Positions 39,919-62,142 of a stretch of DNA of 64,000 nucleotides are shown here, piece by piece. Each line of letters begins with the position of its first letter. The stretch's first letter is position 1. The stretch lies in NCBI RefSeq assembly GCF_009914755.1, contig NC_060930.1. The stretch is one strand, 5' to 3'. The position numbers and the translations under genes are program-made. Source of the stretch: the human T2T-CHM13v2.0 reference genome, Homo sapiens. The notes under the pieces are model-generated. The model was not told the origin of the DNA. It did not search any database and saw nothing but the letters and a program-made list of their open reading frames with translations.

Positions 39919-40993
39919 ATGTTAAAATTATTTATCTTGTGTGGAACCCCTAGGCTGTCAGGCCCGGAGAGGTGAAATTCAGCTGGACACAAAAATCAAA
40001 TTGTCTTTTGTGGCTGCCACCATTACATTCTCTGTTGTATGTATTACTTTCCCTCCTGCATCCTCCCACTGCCCCACTGCACAAGAATACTCCATGTAAC
40101 TCCATTTAAATGTAATGAATTCATTCCTTTCTTTCTGGTCTCCACTTAACCCCCTAAAAATCTTGCTTTTTCCCCTAAACATTTCCCTGAACTGTCACGT
40201 ATTTTCATTCATTCTTTAACTCATTGTAGGGAGTCCCTGCTATGTTCCAAGCACTCTGCTAAGGACTGGGAGGTGGTGGTAAGAAAACCTGTGTCCCAAG
40301 CCCCTCATCACTGACTTCCTCTTCACTAACTCCAACAACATCTTTCCACCTCCTTAACTATTTCATTCACCCTCCCACTGTGAACACCACAGACAAGGCC
40401 CCTGGCCTCATGGAGTTTACATTCTAGAGGGTGAGGGAGTTCAACACAAATAAGATGCTTGAAATTGGCAAGTGTGATGAAGAACAGAATAGGGCAGTGG
40501 GGTAGAGTGTGGTTAGGTAGGGTGTGGTGGACATCACATAAGGTGGTCAGCAAAGGCCTCTCAAGAGACAGTTGAGACTTGAATGACGAGGATGAGTCAG
40601 ATGAAAGCCAGGGGCAGAGGTGAGGGGAGCATCTTGGGCAGAGGTGACAGTGTTAAAGGGAGAGGCCACGTTCAGTACCCAGAACAAAAAGCTGCACACA
40701 CTGCTTGCTGAGCAAGAGAGCACTGCTCTTGTAGGGCACGGTCTCTCGGATAAAGAAAACTGCGGACCTTATGCAGGGTTTTAGGAAGGATTAACAGACT
40801 TTCAAAAGCATTTAGGAGTCGAGGGAGCTTTAGTTGTGGGGATGCAGTTACCAGAGTGAGGCCGCTGCTGATTAGCATGATTTAGAAGCCTAGTTTGGAG
40901 GTGAGGTTACTGATGGGAAATTGTCATTGATTGTTTCTGGTACTTAATTGCTACTGTGGCCAAAGGATGGTCAGTTTTATTCAGGATTTGAAG

Positions 40994-47354
<6,361 letters not shown>

Positions 47355-48519
47355 GTAGGATCATGCCCCTCACTGATAGCTCAACCACGTTTTCTATCTT
47401 TGGGCCTCCTTGTCTTTACCTAGCACATGAGAAGCATTTATTAGGACTTTTTTTCCCCCATTGCTGAACAAATGACTACAGATTGCTCTACCTCTTGTTC
47501 TGTGAATAAAGGCTGGCCGCTGTGGAAGGTAGGTCAGAGCAGGCAACTGAGAGAAACTGTATTACAGTTACCGAGTGGCTTATTAAGGAAAGTGGTGCAA
47601 CAATCAGGTCCATGTTTCATTCAAATGACCCTCCATTCCCCCAACAACATCCTCACATCTGCCAAAGCAAATTATGCTGCTGTGCTCATTTGATGATGGA
47701 ATCAGCATCGCATGCAGGCTGAACCCCTACTACGGCAGAACCAAGAAAGCCACTCTTTCCCCTCTCCTCCTAAGATGCCACCACAGAGCAGGGTGCCAGT
47801 GGTGGGTGGGGAGAAAGACGGAGACACAGAAACGTCTCCTTTTCACTGTGATTCTCCTAAGGAATATACAGTCACCCCCACAGGAAAAGCAAGAGTTCAA
47901 TCAAGATTCTTCAGAAATAGTAGGATGGCAGAAAGCAGATCGCATTGAGGTTGTTTCCAACTGACAGACCAAGCAGTAATTTGTTTCTCTCCCCACTGAT
48001 AGTAAAAATAAAGTGGAAATAATTTAGGGCTGGGGCTTCTGTGATTATCTGGAACTTAAAGTATGAGGGTATGAGAGCCATCAGATCTACCCCTGTGGAG
48101 CTTTTTAAGATGCGGTCCATAACAGAAGCGGGCCCCAAGGAGTAGAGTAGCCACATGGAAGGTGCCATGTTTCAGGGATGAGTCTCGATTCTTCTCTCCC
48201 TGTATTTCATCCATGCCTGTAAGAAGTTCTCACGTCTCTCCACATGCCACGTCATCTGAACCGCCAGGCGATAGGTTATTCGTATTTTATTCCAAAGTCC
48301 ATAGGACACGATGTGGACTTGTTTTTCCACGTGCCCTTGTAGATGGTGCCATCCAGTGTCTGTGATGTTCCACCTCCTCTGTTGGGTTGTCACCTCCCCC
48401 AGAGACCTTCTGGTCTCACTGCTTTTCTGTTTGTATCCAGCAAAACACTCAACAATTCTGTATAAGAACACCTATCTCATTATTCAAAAAAAATGCATGT
48501 ATAAACAAAAAGAAATATT

Positions 48520-50565
48520 TCAAATATTTACTTTACAATTGTTTTATTCAAAGGAAATTAAATACAAATGTATATTTTTCATTAAAAATGGGGATTTAAA
48601 AATAGTTTTATAATTAGTGTTATGTTGCTTTATCTTATCTTTGCATAAATTATGTATTATTAAAGGTTTCTGATATCCATATACATTCTAGTCTTTTTTA
48701 GGCAGCTATGAGAAGATTTCATATTCAAAAGCCAATGCCACTTTTCTAAAGAAACGATCTTTGTGCCAAATTAGTAGACAATTGCTCCAAATCTCTGGTC
48801 TTGACTTCCGGTTGTGTGAAGAGCAGTGTTTTGTTTTTTTCAGAGAAGGGAAAGAGCCTTCATTCTTTAGGTTTGTTTTTGCCTCAAAGACATTTCTATA
48901 TGGGTATCTAAAGTTTTAGTTTATAAGTCTCATAATGATTTGACCCATGCAGTCCAACTTTTAGATAGTATTTCCATACCCCCCAAAAGCTGGCAGGTGG
49001 TAGTCGCACTAGATTCAGACCAAGACTCTCCGCATTGTCATCCTAGGTCCTTCTAATGAAGAAGACAATACTCTAGTTTATTTAACAAATAAAGGAGTCT
49101 AAGTACATGGAAGTTAAGGGAGTAAGGGTGGGGGTAATGAGATTATTACATTAAAATAAAGACTTCACACACGTGTGTCCCATGTCTAAAATTGTTGAAA
49201 ATCTGATTGGAGAAGATTAGAAGTAATTAGCAACTCAATTATTTATAAACAAATATAAAAATGCACAAACCAAATGATGCAAAAAAACCTTTTTAATCTA
49301 AAAATTCATTTCCCAGGGCTAATTGATAGCCAGGCCCTACCAATTTTTATCAGTTTATTTGACTAACAAGAGCTATTCAGCATTTTCTTCAAAGTAAGAT
49401 AATATATAATAGATTTTGATAAATCTTTCTGAATTAGGACATGATACTGTAGGCAGTTCAAGGAAAAAAAAATAGCCATAACTTTTTCTTTGGTGTAACC
49501 AAAAGGATATCCAAAAGTTAGCAAATGTTGACATTTCAAGTGACAGGAAATTGCCTAATGGAAGTTTAAACTCTGGTTAAAAAAAAAAAAAAAAAAAAAA
49601 CTGTTGTAAAAGGAAAAGCTCCACCCATAGTTCTGTAGTGCAAGTTTTCAAATTTAATTCTGAAAAATAATTTTATTTCATAGGCAGGAAACAAATTCCA
49701 GCAGTGTATCACTTACTCCTTTCCAACCCTTCCCCTCTCTCTATGTCCACACCATCACTTCAGTTGTCAATGACCTCAGCTGCTACTCAAGGAGGAAATT
49801 CATTAAAAAATTACCCACACTTCTAAAAATCAGGCTACAATTGTGTGTATGTGGCTGCACAGCAGCAGGCACCAGGTTACAGCATTGCCACTTCTACGTT
49901 TGTCATTTTTACAAAAAAGAAGCAAAGTCTACCTCCCCCAGAAAAAAGTACCTGAACCAATTAGTCACTTAGCCCCTTCCCAGCCTCTCCGTGCTCACCA
50001 GACCTGCCTCACCTCAGCAGCACACGTGTGCATATATCTGTGTGTTCTGTGCATTAAGAACCAGCAACTCTACTGCCTCTTTCTTGAAGTAACATCTTCT
50101 CCTTTCTTACAAAACTCGCTGATTTCTATAAACGTAATTCTCTGAAAGCAATTACCGCCTAGACCAGAGGACTCCGTTACTCTACCAAGCTTAAGTCTGG
50201 CTTGCTTTCTTCTATTTCTGTACATGTTGTTTGTGTATATGTGTATTTTTTAAAAATTAAAAAGTGTGGAAAATGCACACATACACACCCAGCATTTAGC
50301 AAAAAAAAAAAAAAAAAAAAAAAATCTTCCCCGGGAAGCACTTTCAGAAGTTTAAGCTTCTACTTGTTCTTAAGCCACAGGGCAAGTGCCAGGTGAGTCC
50401 TAAATAACCGTTCACTCACACTGCAGGGCTGGCAACCCCGGGGCCCACAGCACAGAAGCAGAGTGGGCTCCCCGGGTGAGCCAGGGAAGGGCGCCTAGCA
50501 GGCTTCCTAGAGTGCTGCATTGCTCGTCTCCCCCCGTGTCACCTGGGAGAGTTACGTTCTTGGCC
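48520..50565 (-). other. NHSL1: NHSL1 3'UTR (~2 kb, AU-rich, no recognisable interspersed repeats)
   Basis: Runs from the stop codon to a minus-strand AATAAA at 48543-48548 with TGTA just upstream. The end position is inferred. Confidence 0.7.
48543..48548 (-). terminator. NHSL1 polyadenylation signal AATAAA
   Basis: tttatt on the + strand, with an upstream UGUA and a downstream U-rich tract in minus-strand sense. Confidence 0.65.
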
Positions 50566-51301
50566 CTAACTCTCCTCGCTCAGAGAACCGCCACACTGTG
50601 GGGAGGGCTCTCTGCCCTCTGCACTGGCTGTCCCATCCACAGGGCCGGGGGCCTGGGGCTGCAGGGAGGCGGCAGGCCCCTCCCCACAGAGCAGGCCGCC
50701 CTCGTCCATCTCCTCCCTCGCCAGTCCGTCCAGGGAACATCCCTCCGCAGCGCCCAGAGCCCCGCGGGCTATGCTGTCCACAGGCTCCACGGCTTCCCCT
50801 TCTCCCTCCGAGATGACGGTCATGGGGCTGCTCTGGATCCGGTTCCGCATGCTGTACCTGCTGCTGGCGGCAGAAGGCGGCGTTCGGCTGCGGCCGTACC
50901 TGGGGCCGGAAAAGGACAGACTCCGAGGCATCAAGCCTTCGTTCTTGGCCCACTCCTCCTGCGCCCTTCTGTTCTTGCTTGGGGAGCAGCTTGACGGGCT
51001 CTCGGGGGCATCTGGGGAAGGCTCTGACCTCGACCTCTGGAATCTAGGGTCTGTGTTCTTGAGCATCTCTGCTGCAGACATGCGGGCGCTGGTGTCTGAA
51101 CGACTGCCCTTTTTCAGCAGCAGAGCTTTGAAGTTGTCACTGCTGGTGCTGCTCTTTCGGATGCTTCTCTGAATCGACCCCACTTGCTTTGGAGAGGCCA
51201 GGCTTGGGGCAGCGCCGGTGGGTGTCACGGGCGGGGAGGGAGAATGGTTTCGGGAGTGGTCATCATCTGAATCTCTACGGCCGAGGACTTTCCTTTTGGA
51301 T
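50566..51301 (-). CDS. NHSL1: NHSL1 last coding exon
   Basis: Acceptor tctcag|A completes AGA, then SKRKVLGRRDS...SSDNFKALLLKKGSRSD...EEWAKNEGLMPR...GSLSEES*. Confidence 0.93.
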
Positions 51302-51401
51302 CTGAGATTTAATAACATTAAGAAAAAGGTTAATTCCCACGGGACCACAGGCTGTCAGCCACAACCACTCTGCTCTTATCGCATCTTCAGGTCACCATCT
51401 A

Positions 51402-53950
<2,549 letters not shown>

Positions 53951-55627
53951 AGAAAGATGGGATTTTATGAAAGCACTGTCATCTCTCAAGAGCAGGTGCC
54001 CACTAAAATAATTAAATCTAAATGTACAAATTCTTTGCATATACATACACAACACACACACACGAATATGTATTTTTAATGAAGAGAGCTATAAAAAGTG
54101 CTTAAACAGTTAACACTGATTTTAAAACTAATTACTTCAATAAATATAAAAACTTCACACCTCAACTGGTGTTCTACATTTTCCATCTGGCTTTAAATCT
54201 GAAGCGAATTAATTTGCATTATAAAATTTGGAAGCTGTGTTTCAACTTAGATATTCTTTATTTTAAATTATGAGCTTAAGCGCTGAAGGACATAAAAATA
54301 AAGCCCTAAAAAAGCACAGACAGTAGATGGATTTTTACTATGTCTGCTAATTTATTCTCAACGCTACAACAGAAATTAGCATATGTCCTCACTCTCTCTC
54401 TGCAATCCATTCCTAAGGCCTATTTGGCTTTGACTTCTCTCATACGTGCACTGAGTAACACCAACTGACCGATTTCTACATCTGCAGTCGATGTAACGTC
54501 CTAGTAAGAGAAACAACACATTTTTCGATGCCTTAAGAAGGTTGCCAAAATATAGAAGAGGCCTTTGGCATATTTTTGGGAAAAAATATGCAGTAATTTG
54601 GACCCACAACAGTTGGGTTTCCTCACTGGAACCAAGTATCGAGTACACAGAACAACCAGGCTACGCAAATCTTCTCTGTGGATGGCTATTATAAATAGAC
54701 AGATATGCCTGTATATTTAGCAACCCAGTGCATTCCATACTAAATGAAATACTCTGAGTCTTGGAAGAATCTTCTAATGGTTAAATACCAGTTGGTTTCA
54801 TTTAATTCAGGAAATATTTATTGAGTGCTTCTTATGTGTCTAGCGTGGTTAAGAGTTAGAAACATCTATGGGAACTTCTAGAATTGCCACTGAAGTTTCA
54901 AAGGATGCATCATTTATCATTTCTCTGTTTTGAGAAATAATTGGACAACCAGCTACCTTTTCACTTCTAATGAGACTGAAGAAACCAGTCCATGTTAAAA
55001 GGGGCAGTCTTTAGGATCTATTATACCAACACTAGAGGAGCGACGTAAAGAGCGTAATTCTTGACAAGAACATTAATTCACCGGCTTCGTTCCCCCCACA
55101 CCAAGTTAGATGTTAATGTGTTGCATGAAGAGTTTCAGGTAGGTACAGCACTATGTTTTTCATCTTATGCAATAGTCTTTTCAGGGAGAGTCCAAGAATT
55201 GGGAAAGCAGTGCTGACATAAGATCATTCACACACAGAATCAAATGATTCTACAGGATGCTTTGTTTCAGGAGGTTAAAAAAAAAGAAAGGATCTTCATT
55301 CAGGGCAAAATAAGGCCTTGGCAGCATAAGGACATTCATTAGAGTTACCTGGAAATACCGTGGTAGAGAAGTCTAGAAGGAAGCAAAAGGTTTATACAGC
55401 ATTACGGCTTAACGTAGTTGCACATATACAGTCATCAGCTTTTACGATGACACTGTGTGGGAGTAGTCAGCTGTTTCCAATCAGAAAAGTGATGCAGTAA
55501 GTAAAACTTCAGTGCTAAATCATATTTACTCTTAAAGGTGACCACATATAAAAAGTGTAACAGTTCAGGCCATTACTTTGAAAATTTTACCCTTTTTGTT
55601 TGTTTTTAAACCCAACGATTTCTGATG

Positions 55628-55641
55628 CCAGTAGATGGCAC
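55628..55641 (+). promoter_or_regulatory. Candidate CTCF site
   Basis: CCAGTAGATGGCAC is an exact match to the CCASYAGRKGGCRS core and is followed by TA. Confidence 0.55.
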
Positions 55642-56195
55642 TAGTGGTATATTAACAAGCATAAGTCATTCTTTTGCTCCCGCTTAAAGGGCCGTACTCT
55701 TTTATAGAAACACTTAAGCAGCCAAAGAAATTGCTCTGTATAACTGTGGTTTTTCTGTAAAATGAAAAAAATTAGAATAAACTAAAACATCTTTAGGAAG
55801 AGAGTCCCATGGAGCTAGTCTGTGCATCCTAAGTCCACAGAACATAGCATTCCTCCTCCTGACTGCACTGTCAGTCACTTTAATCCGACTCTTGCTAATA
55901 TACTCTGTCTTATGACTGCCACACTGCGCTCCTTGCCAGGAAGAGCAGCGCCTACCAGAACGTATCACATTGAGCCACTGTCCCCAATGTCATAAAAATC
56001 AGTGAGACAAAGTAAAACAGAAATTGGAGCCAGAGGAAATAAAACTGTAGAAACCCACTAAAAAATCAACAGTAAAGTTAAGGAGTTATGATTGGGTGAC
56101 AGAAGAAACCTCAAGGAAGAAAAGTAAATTGAGGTGCTGCTTGGAAAGAAGGAATTACACAGTAGATTAAAGTCAGAGGAAGGAGTTTGAAATAC

Positions 56196-56328
56196 CTGTG
56201 AATAGCTGCAAAAAGGTCTTCTGTGGTCCTGGGTCGACTGGGGGTCATTACCTCATCATTCCCGTCTTCCTTGAGGAAGTCACAGGCCTCTGAGGATGAA
56301 CCGGCTGCGTTGGTCTCCGGCACCCCAG
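56196..56328 (-). CDS. NHSL1: NHSL1 penultimate coding exon (133 nt)
   Basis: Acceptor ttctgtag|, AGVPETN...RPRTTEDLFAAIHR, donor CACAG|GTATTT. Phases fit both neighbouring exons. Confidence 0.92.
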
Positions 56329-56877
56329 CTACAGAAGAGCAGGCAGGCATACAAGACGCACAAGTGACTGGAATTTCAGTCCTCAGCCAAGCTTCTAAAT
56401 ATGCTGCTTCCCTGCCATTCCCGACAATGTGAGAACCACAGGGAGATGCCGTGGGTCTGTAGTTTGATAGTTTACAAAGAAGGGAGGAAATGACACTAGC
56501 CTGAGAGCCAGAGCTCATTCTTTGTTAAAGTATGGAACGCCCATGGCATCTCTCTTAAATTTTGTTGCAACGTTTCTTTGCGCGGCTCTTCGGAAGGGAG
56601 GTGTTACCCATTGCTATTTAATACCCAGCCTGCTGCAGATCATCTCCATCCCCCTATTTTCTGCCATGCCTTTAGGTCTAGATTTTAAAAATAATAACAA
56701 AATGCAAAGTTGGTAACTTAATCTGTGTTTTAACACAGGAAGCCTACATACTGCTAGCTTTAACAGGAATCTGATCTACCTGGGTTCTTTCCACGTGTGA
56801 GCATTCAACAACCCTATCTGGTTCAGCTGCATATGGGCAGAGGGCACAGGAGAGAGAAGCCAGGAAGCCAGACTCAC

Positions 56878-59800
56878 CTGCTCCGTCCTGTTGAGATAGG
56901 CAGCTCTCCCCATCGCCCCCAGTATCCGCACTGTTCTCGGCTGGCTCCTCCTGCTTGGGGGCTGGTGAGACATCAGGCTGAACCATGGGGACATTGGCTT
57001 CCACTCTGCTGGGAGACATGGATCCTGCAGCTCCTCCCTCAAGAACCGAGGTGCCAGGGTGCGTGGCATGAGAGCCAGCTTGGGCTGCAGAACTCTCTTT
57101 TGCCTCCCTGCTGTGCACAGAGCCCTCCTCTCCCGTCGTGGGGCTGGGCACAGCTCGGAGGGCTTCGCTCACGTTCTCTGCGGGCTCCACTGCAAAATCT
57201 TTCTGCGGAGGTGGTACCACCAGGAACAGTTTGGGCTTCTTGGAAATGGGGGGTGGCTTCCTGCTGGGTGAAGAGTCTGGGAGTGGGGTGGTGCTGGGGC
57301 TGGGCCGAGCCTCTGCCTCCCCAGCGCTTGGAGCTCCAGGGCTGCGGCTCACAGGGCCACCACGCTCAGCCGCACTGCCATGGTCACCCTGACTCGAGCT
57401 CTTGGCAGGCGTCGGAAGCGAGCTTGTCACAGAGGCAGGCTGGCTTTCACTCTCCATTTCATTTGTGCTATTTCGGGATTTCAGGAAAGCAGATGGCTTT
57501 AAGTGGTACTGTGGAGCAACTGGAGTTCGTTGTTCCTGAGCTGTTCGTTCAGACAACTGTGCCGCCTCAGCGCCTGAGTTCTTTCTCACGGGCCTCAACT
57601 GCACCATCTGCAATGCTTCCGTGGTTATCAGGGGCATGGGGGGCCTGCTGGTCTCCTCCTTGGTAGAAGGCGGCCTCAAGGATCCCCGGGAGGATTCTGG
57701 CTGGCCAGAATTTGTGAAAGGCGGCCTGGTGTCTTTCATGAATTTGGGGTCAAGAGGTGGGGCAGGTGGGGGTTCCGAGGAAGGTAAGAGAGGTGGGGGC
57801 AATGGCAAGGACACAGGTGAATCTGGAAGAATGGGGCTCAGTGCAGGGCGGGGAGGAGAAAGGCACCAATCAGGTGGGGAGCAGAAAGGAATGAGAGCTT
57901 CTGGCGGCGGAGGGGGGAACACAGGAGAGTGAGGCAGAGGAGAGCCCTGGGAGCAATCTGTGACAGGAGGTGGGGGAGGAAGGAAAGGAGACCTGTCTGC
58001 AGGACAAGGGAATGGAGGAGAGGGAACAGGAGGAGGAGGAGGAGCCGGGGGAGAGCCCACGGCTGGATCCAGCTTCTTCATAGTGCCACTTCCTTCAGTA
58101 GAAGTACTAGAAGAAAGAGAAGTGGACGATGAGGAAATGGATACTGAAGATATCAGAGAGGACTTCCTTTCTGGTACCTTGGGCTTGGGCTTCCCCTTCC
58201 CGTTTGCTGGTGACACTGATTTTAAAAACACAGGCACAGGGGTGAGTGCTGTGGGTGTATTCGACTGGCTGGAATACCCACTGGATGGAGAAATGACTCT
58301 GTGTGACTTCTCTGGTGACATGATCTTTGGTTTGACTGAACCACCGGGCACTTGGGGCATTGTGGCTCTGGACCCTTCTTGGACATGGCGGACTGGCCCG
58401 TTCCCAGTGGGCACCCCACTGCTGGTTGAACAGCCCCCTGCCGGGTTCCCCGGATCTTCCTGCATGCCCGTGTAGTCAATGTAATAACCCCAGGGGTCCG
58501 TGTACTCTGACTTGACGCTGCTTGTGTCACTCTGCGATGGCGTGGCCCCGCACAGGGAGTAGACATTGGGGGTGGTGGCGGAAGTCATGCTGCTGCCAGC
58601 ACTAACTGTGCTCTGGCTCCGGGAGCGGGGCAGCCAGGGCTCTTCCAAGTCACTGCAGGGGCTCTGGGAGGGCGAGCTGCCACTTTTGCCTGGGAGGCTC
58701 AGCTGCAGCGAGTGCTGGAGTGTGGCGATCAGGCTCTCGTTGAGCACCTGCCCGTTGCACTGGCTGCTCTTCTTGGGAATCCTGCGGAGGGAGTCTGTCC
58801 GGGAGGGTGGCAGGGGAGGCTTCTTTGCTTTCTTCAAAGAGATGTTTCTTGATAGGGATTTATCCTGGTAATTGGACCGGTCCCCTTGGTTTTTCTGAGC
58901 TCTTCCAACAAAAACATTGATCACGCTGTGCCTGGGGTTCCCAAAGCCATCACTGCTATTGCACAGATTCCCAGATCCATGTCCAGAGTCAGTGTGCACA
59001 GATGCACAGTAGCCATCGTGGTCCTCAGAATACAGCGACCCAGCATCCTCTTTGTTGGACGTTTGGTCCAAACTGCAGCTGCTCATGTTACTTGTGGGAG
59101 TGGAATAGCCAGGAGTTGCTAAATGCGGCTTCAGGGGGGATGCCCTTCCATTACCTGAGGATTTGTATTCCCAGGGCTCCGAGCTGCTGTGCCCTCCGCC
59201 CCCTGAATAACTAGATTCACTCTTGCCATCCACATCTTGGGGGTGGGCTGGGAAGGCCAGGTTGTTTCTACAATTATACGGCATAGCTTGGGACCCATTC
59301 TCCCTATTTGCTGGAGCATTTAGAGGGACGGCTGAGTCACAGAGGGACAACAGTGCGGGTTCACCAGGGGAATGAGGGTCTAAGTCCTGTGAAAGAATGG
59401 TGGCATGGCCCTCATTCCAGTGGCGACCGGGAGACTGAGGATCACCTTTCACAGCATGCCTGGAGATGAGGTGGTCTCTGGATTTTATCCTTGCATGTGA
59501 TGAGCCAGAACTTTTACTTTCCCGCTGTCCCGCACTCTGAGCAGTGGGAATAGCGATGACCTCGGAAGAGGAAGACAGTGTGGCATTTGGGATGATGCTG
59601 GTGGAGTAGGTTGCATGAGGAGAAACCACACACGCTGGGCTCATTATATTTTCACTCTCGAAGTGTCTCAGCTCCTGGGATTTGGGTCTCAAAAGTGTTC
59701 CAGTCCCTGAGGCACCTCCTAAATGGCCTAAGTTTTCATCTGCTTGTGGGTGACCTCTCTGGTAGAGGAAAGTGCCATTCATGTCTCCTGCAGGGCCGAG

Positions 59801-60165
59801 GGCACCCAGCCTCGGCTCAAGGGACTGAATGTTTGCCCTTGCTCCAGAACGCGGAAGACTATGGAAGCCAGCATCACTGTCAAGGCGGGAAGGGAATACG
59901 ATCCCTGCAGAATCGCTCAGCACAGACATGTTGCCAGAGGAACCTGAGAAGTGGCCCATCTGGGCAGCAATGCCTTGCCCCTTCTGTGCCCTGATTCTCC
60001 TCATGGAAGGTGGTACGACCTTCACATCCTCCGTCTGACAGCTGGAGTCCCTGGTTTCTGAGCGCTGCCCAGCAGACCGACAGCTATTGAACCTTCCTAG
60101 TGTAGAGTAGTGATCAGGGGTGTACACTGAGTGGCCATCAGCATCATCTTGGCCAGTGCCTGATG
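56878..60165 (-). CDS. NHSL1: NHSL1 very large internal coding exon (3,288 nt; Ser/Pro-rich, polyproline tracts)
   Basis: Lies within the 1187-aa ORF. Acceptor tttatctccag|CATCAG, donor GCAG|GTGAGT. NHS-family motifs include SLYSEDHDGYC.S.HTDSG, NISLKKAKKPPLPPSRTDSL, SPSSGYSSQSNTPT and KPKVPERKSSL. Confidence 0.93.
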
Positions 60166-62142
60166 CTGGAGATAAAGCAGAAAGAGGCTTGTTACCTGAA
60201 AATAAAATCCATAGTTCATCACGTGTACCCTCACCCCTCTGACAGAATTTTAAAAAAATTTTTCTATTTGATTTAATTTCCTTTCTCCTGTAGGTATCTA
60301 AGTACATTTAAAAAGTTACTGATAGCTCTAAAATGAAAATTATTGTCATGAATGTCAGGTACTTCTCTTAATTTGTACCTCCAATCCTCCTATGGCTTGA
60401 GTGCTGCGTATGGAATTCTCAGGGTATCCCTTCAAGATCAAGGCTGCCAAGGGCTCAGAGGAGGATTTACTTTGAAATAATCACCTTTCAGTAAAGTCTT
60501 CAAGGTAGCCTTTCGCCCACTGGGTGACTGTGCAGACCATCTATCAAGCAGTGACACATCTTTCCCAAAGGTAGATGAATGTAGTAATTGAACAATAGGG
60601 CCACAGAGATACCATATTTGAGGGGTACTGGTATAAAACAGTGTTAATTACATTAATTCTTTATGTCAGAAGGAAATTCTAAGGCAAAGAAAATTGATTT
60701 ACAGGCCCATCTGTGTTCCAAACATTTCATTATCCATCTGAAGCCATTATCTGTCTGTTGGTGACATTCAAAATTCAACAGCAATCTGTTGTGTTCTAGT
60801 TGGGGAAACTGGCAGGAACTGATCCAGTGAACATTTCCTCAAATTAGGATGATTTATTCGTTGGAGTTTTACAACCAAACAGAGAATAGTATGTTAAAAA
60901 AAAAAAAAGACAGAAAGAAAGAAACACAAGGAAGGGCCAACAGAGAGGGACGTGGACGAGGTAAACTTTAAGTGTAAACAGTTAGATTTCAAGCTACCCA
61001 GGAAAGAACAGAGCTTATGAGAAAAAAGAAAAAAAATCACAAAGACAAGAACCTACCCAAAGTGTACTGAGAAAAAAAAAAGTCAATCCTTAAGACAAAT
61101 CGAATCTCTAAAAATAGTAGTAAAACTATAGTTCTCCCTATGTTATCTCCATCCAACAAGGACCCAAAAGTATCTATCTCAACACGGGCTTTGCTGAGCA
61201 ATGCGAGTCAAGCACACCCCTCTGTGTCAGTGGACACCTGGATGCGACCCTAGGACTGATGGGGTTTCTAAGGCTTCCCTCTCCCAACACATAATCTAAC
61301 CAGGGCATGGACTGGATATAGGATGCCTTTTGCTCACTCAGATAGCAGAGGGTAGTACTGAAATGGCAGCACTGTGCTTGTATCAACCTCAAAGGAGATG
61401 GCACCCTGGAAGGAAGGATCCCAGCATAAAGCCTTCTCCTTCACTGTGATGATGGAGAGGAATTTTTATACTTGTATTTTTAGCGAAGATGATCTATTTC
61501 CTCTCTCTACCCTCTTTCAAGTACTCACTCACTGAAGACAGATAGACAGACACATACACACACACGAGGCTGTCCCACACAGAGAGGGAAATGGGCAAAA
61601 GGGCAGGACAGAAGAAAAACCCACTTTGAGGAAGTGCAAAATTTTGCCATTTAGTAATTTAGAAGATGGGAAGTTGACTGGTATCGGTGTATCAGTGTAT
61701 ACGAGTTCAATTCCAAACACTCAAAATATCTCATTCCATTCAACAATGAGTTTTGAGTGTTTGGAGTTGAACTCATATAAACAAATACATTTTTTTTCCT
61801 TTCAAAATTGTACTAGTTTTTGCATGGAGTTAGTGGTAGATTTTTAACTGTCTTTAAGTAGCATAAACAAAATCCTGATACTTTTGGGTAGCAGTTTTAA
61901 ATGTGAAACCATTCTAGGCATGTAAAAAAAAATAGAAATACAGCTATTTTATCACCCTCTACAGCTAAGTATAACTTTCTTATTAAAACAAAAACATTTC
62001 CTAAAGACCTTAAAAAGCATATGAAAAAACTCATATATCTTATCACAAGGACCACCAAAATTCTATTCCCAAAACAGACCCTCCAATATTTTCACAGTAT
62101 AAAAAGTTTCAGAATATGATAGGAAACAGATGAATGCTATTG

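Noticed and set aside
56797-60038. + strand ORFs (up to 289 aa) opposite the large NHSL1 exon, and similar ORFs at 50476-51406
   Set aside because: Antisense shadows of a GC-rich coding exon.
56744-60307. The 1187-aa ORF as a single-exon gene
   Set aside because: Both ends run into intron. Clear splice sites at 60165 and 56878 connect in phase to further NHSL1 exons.
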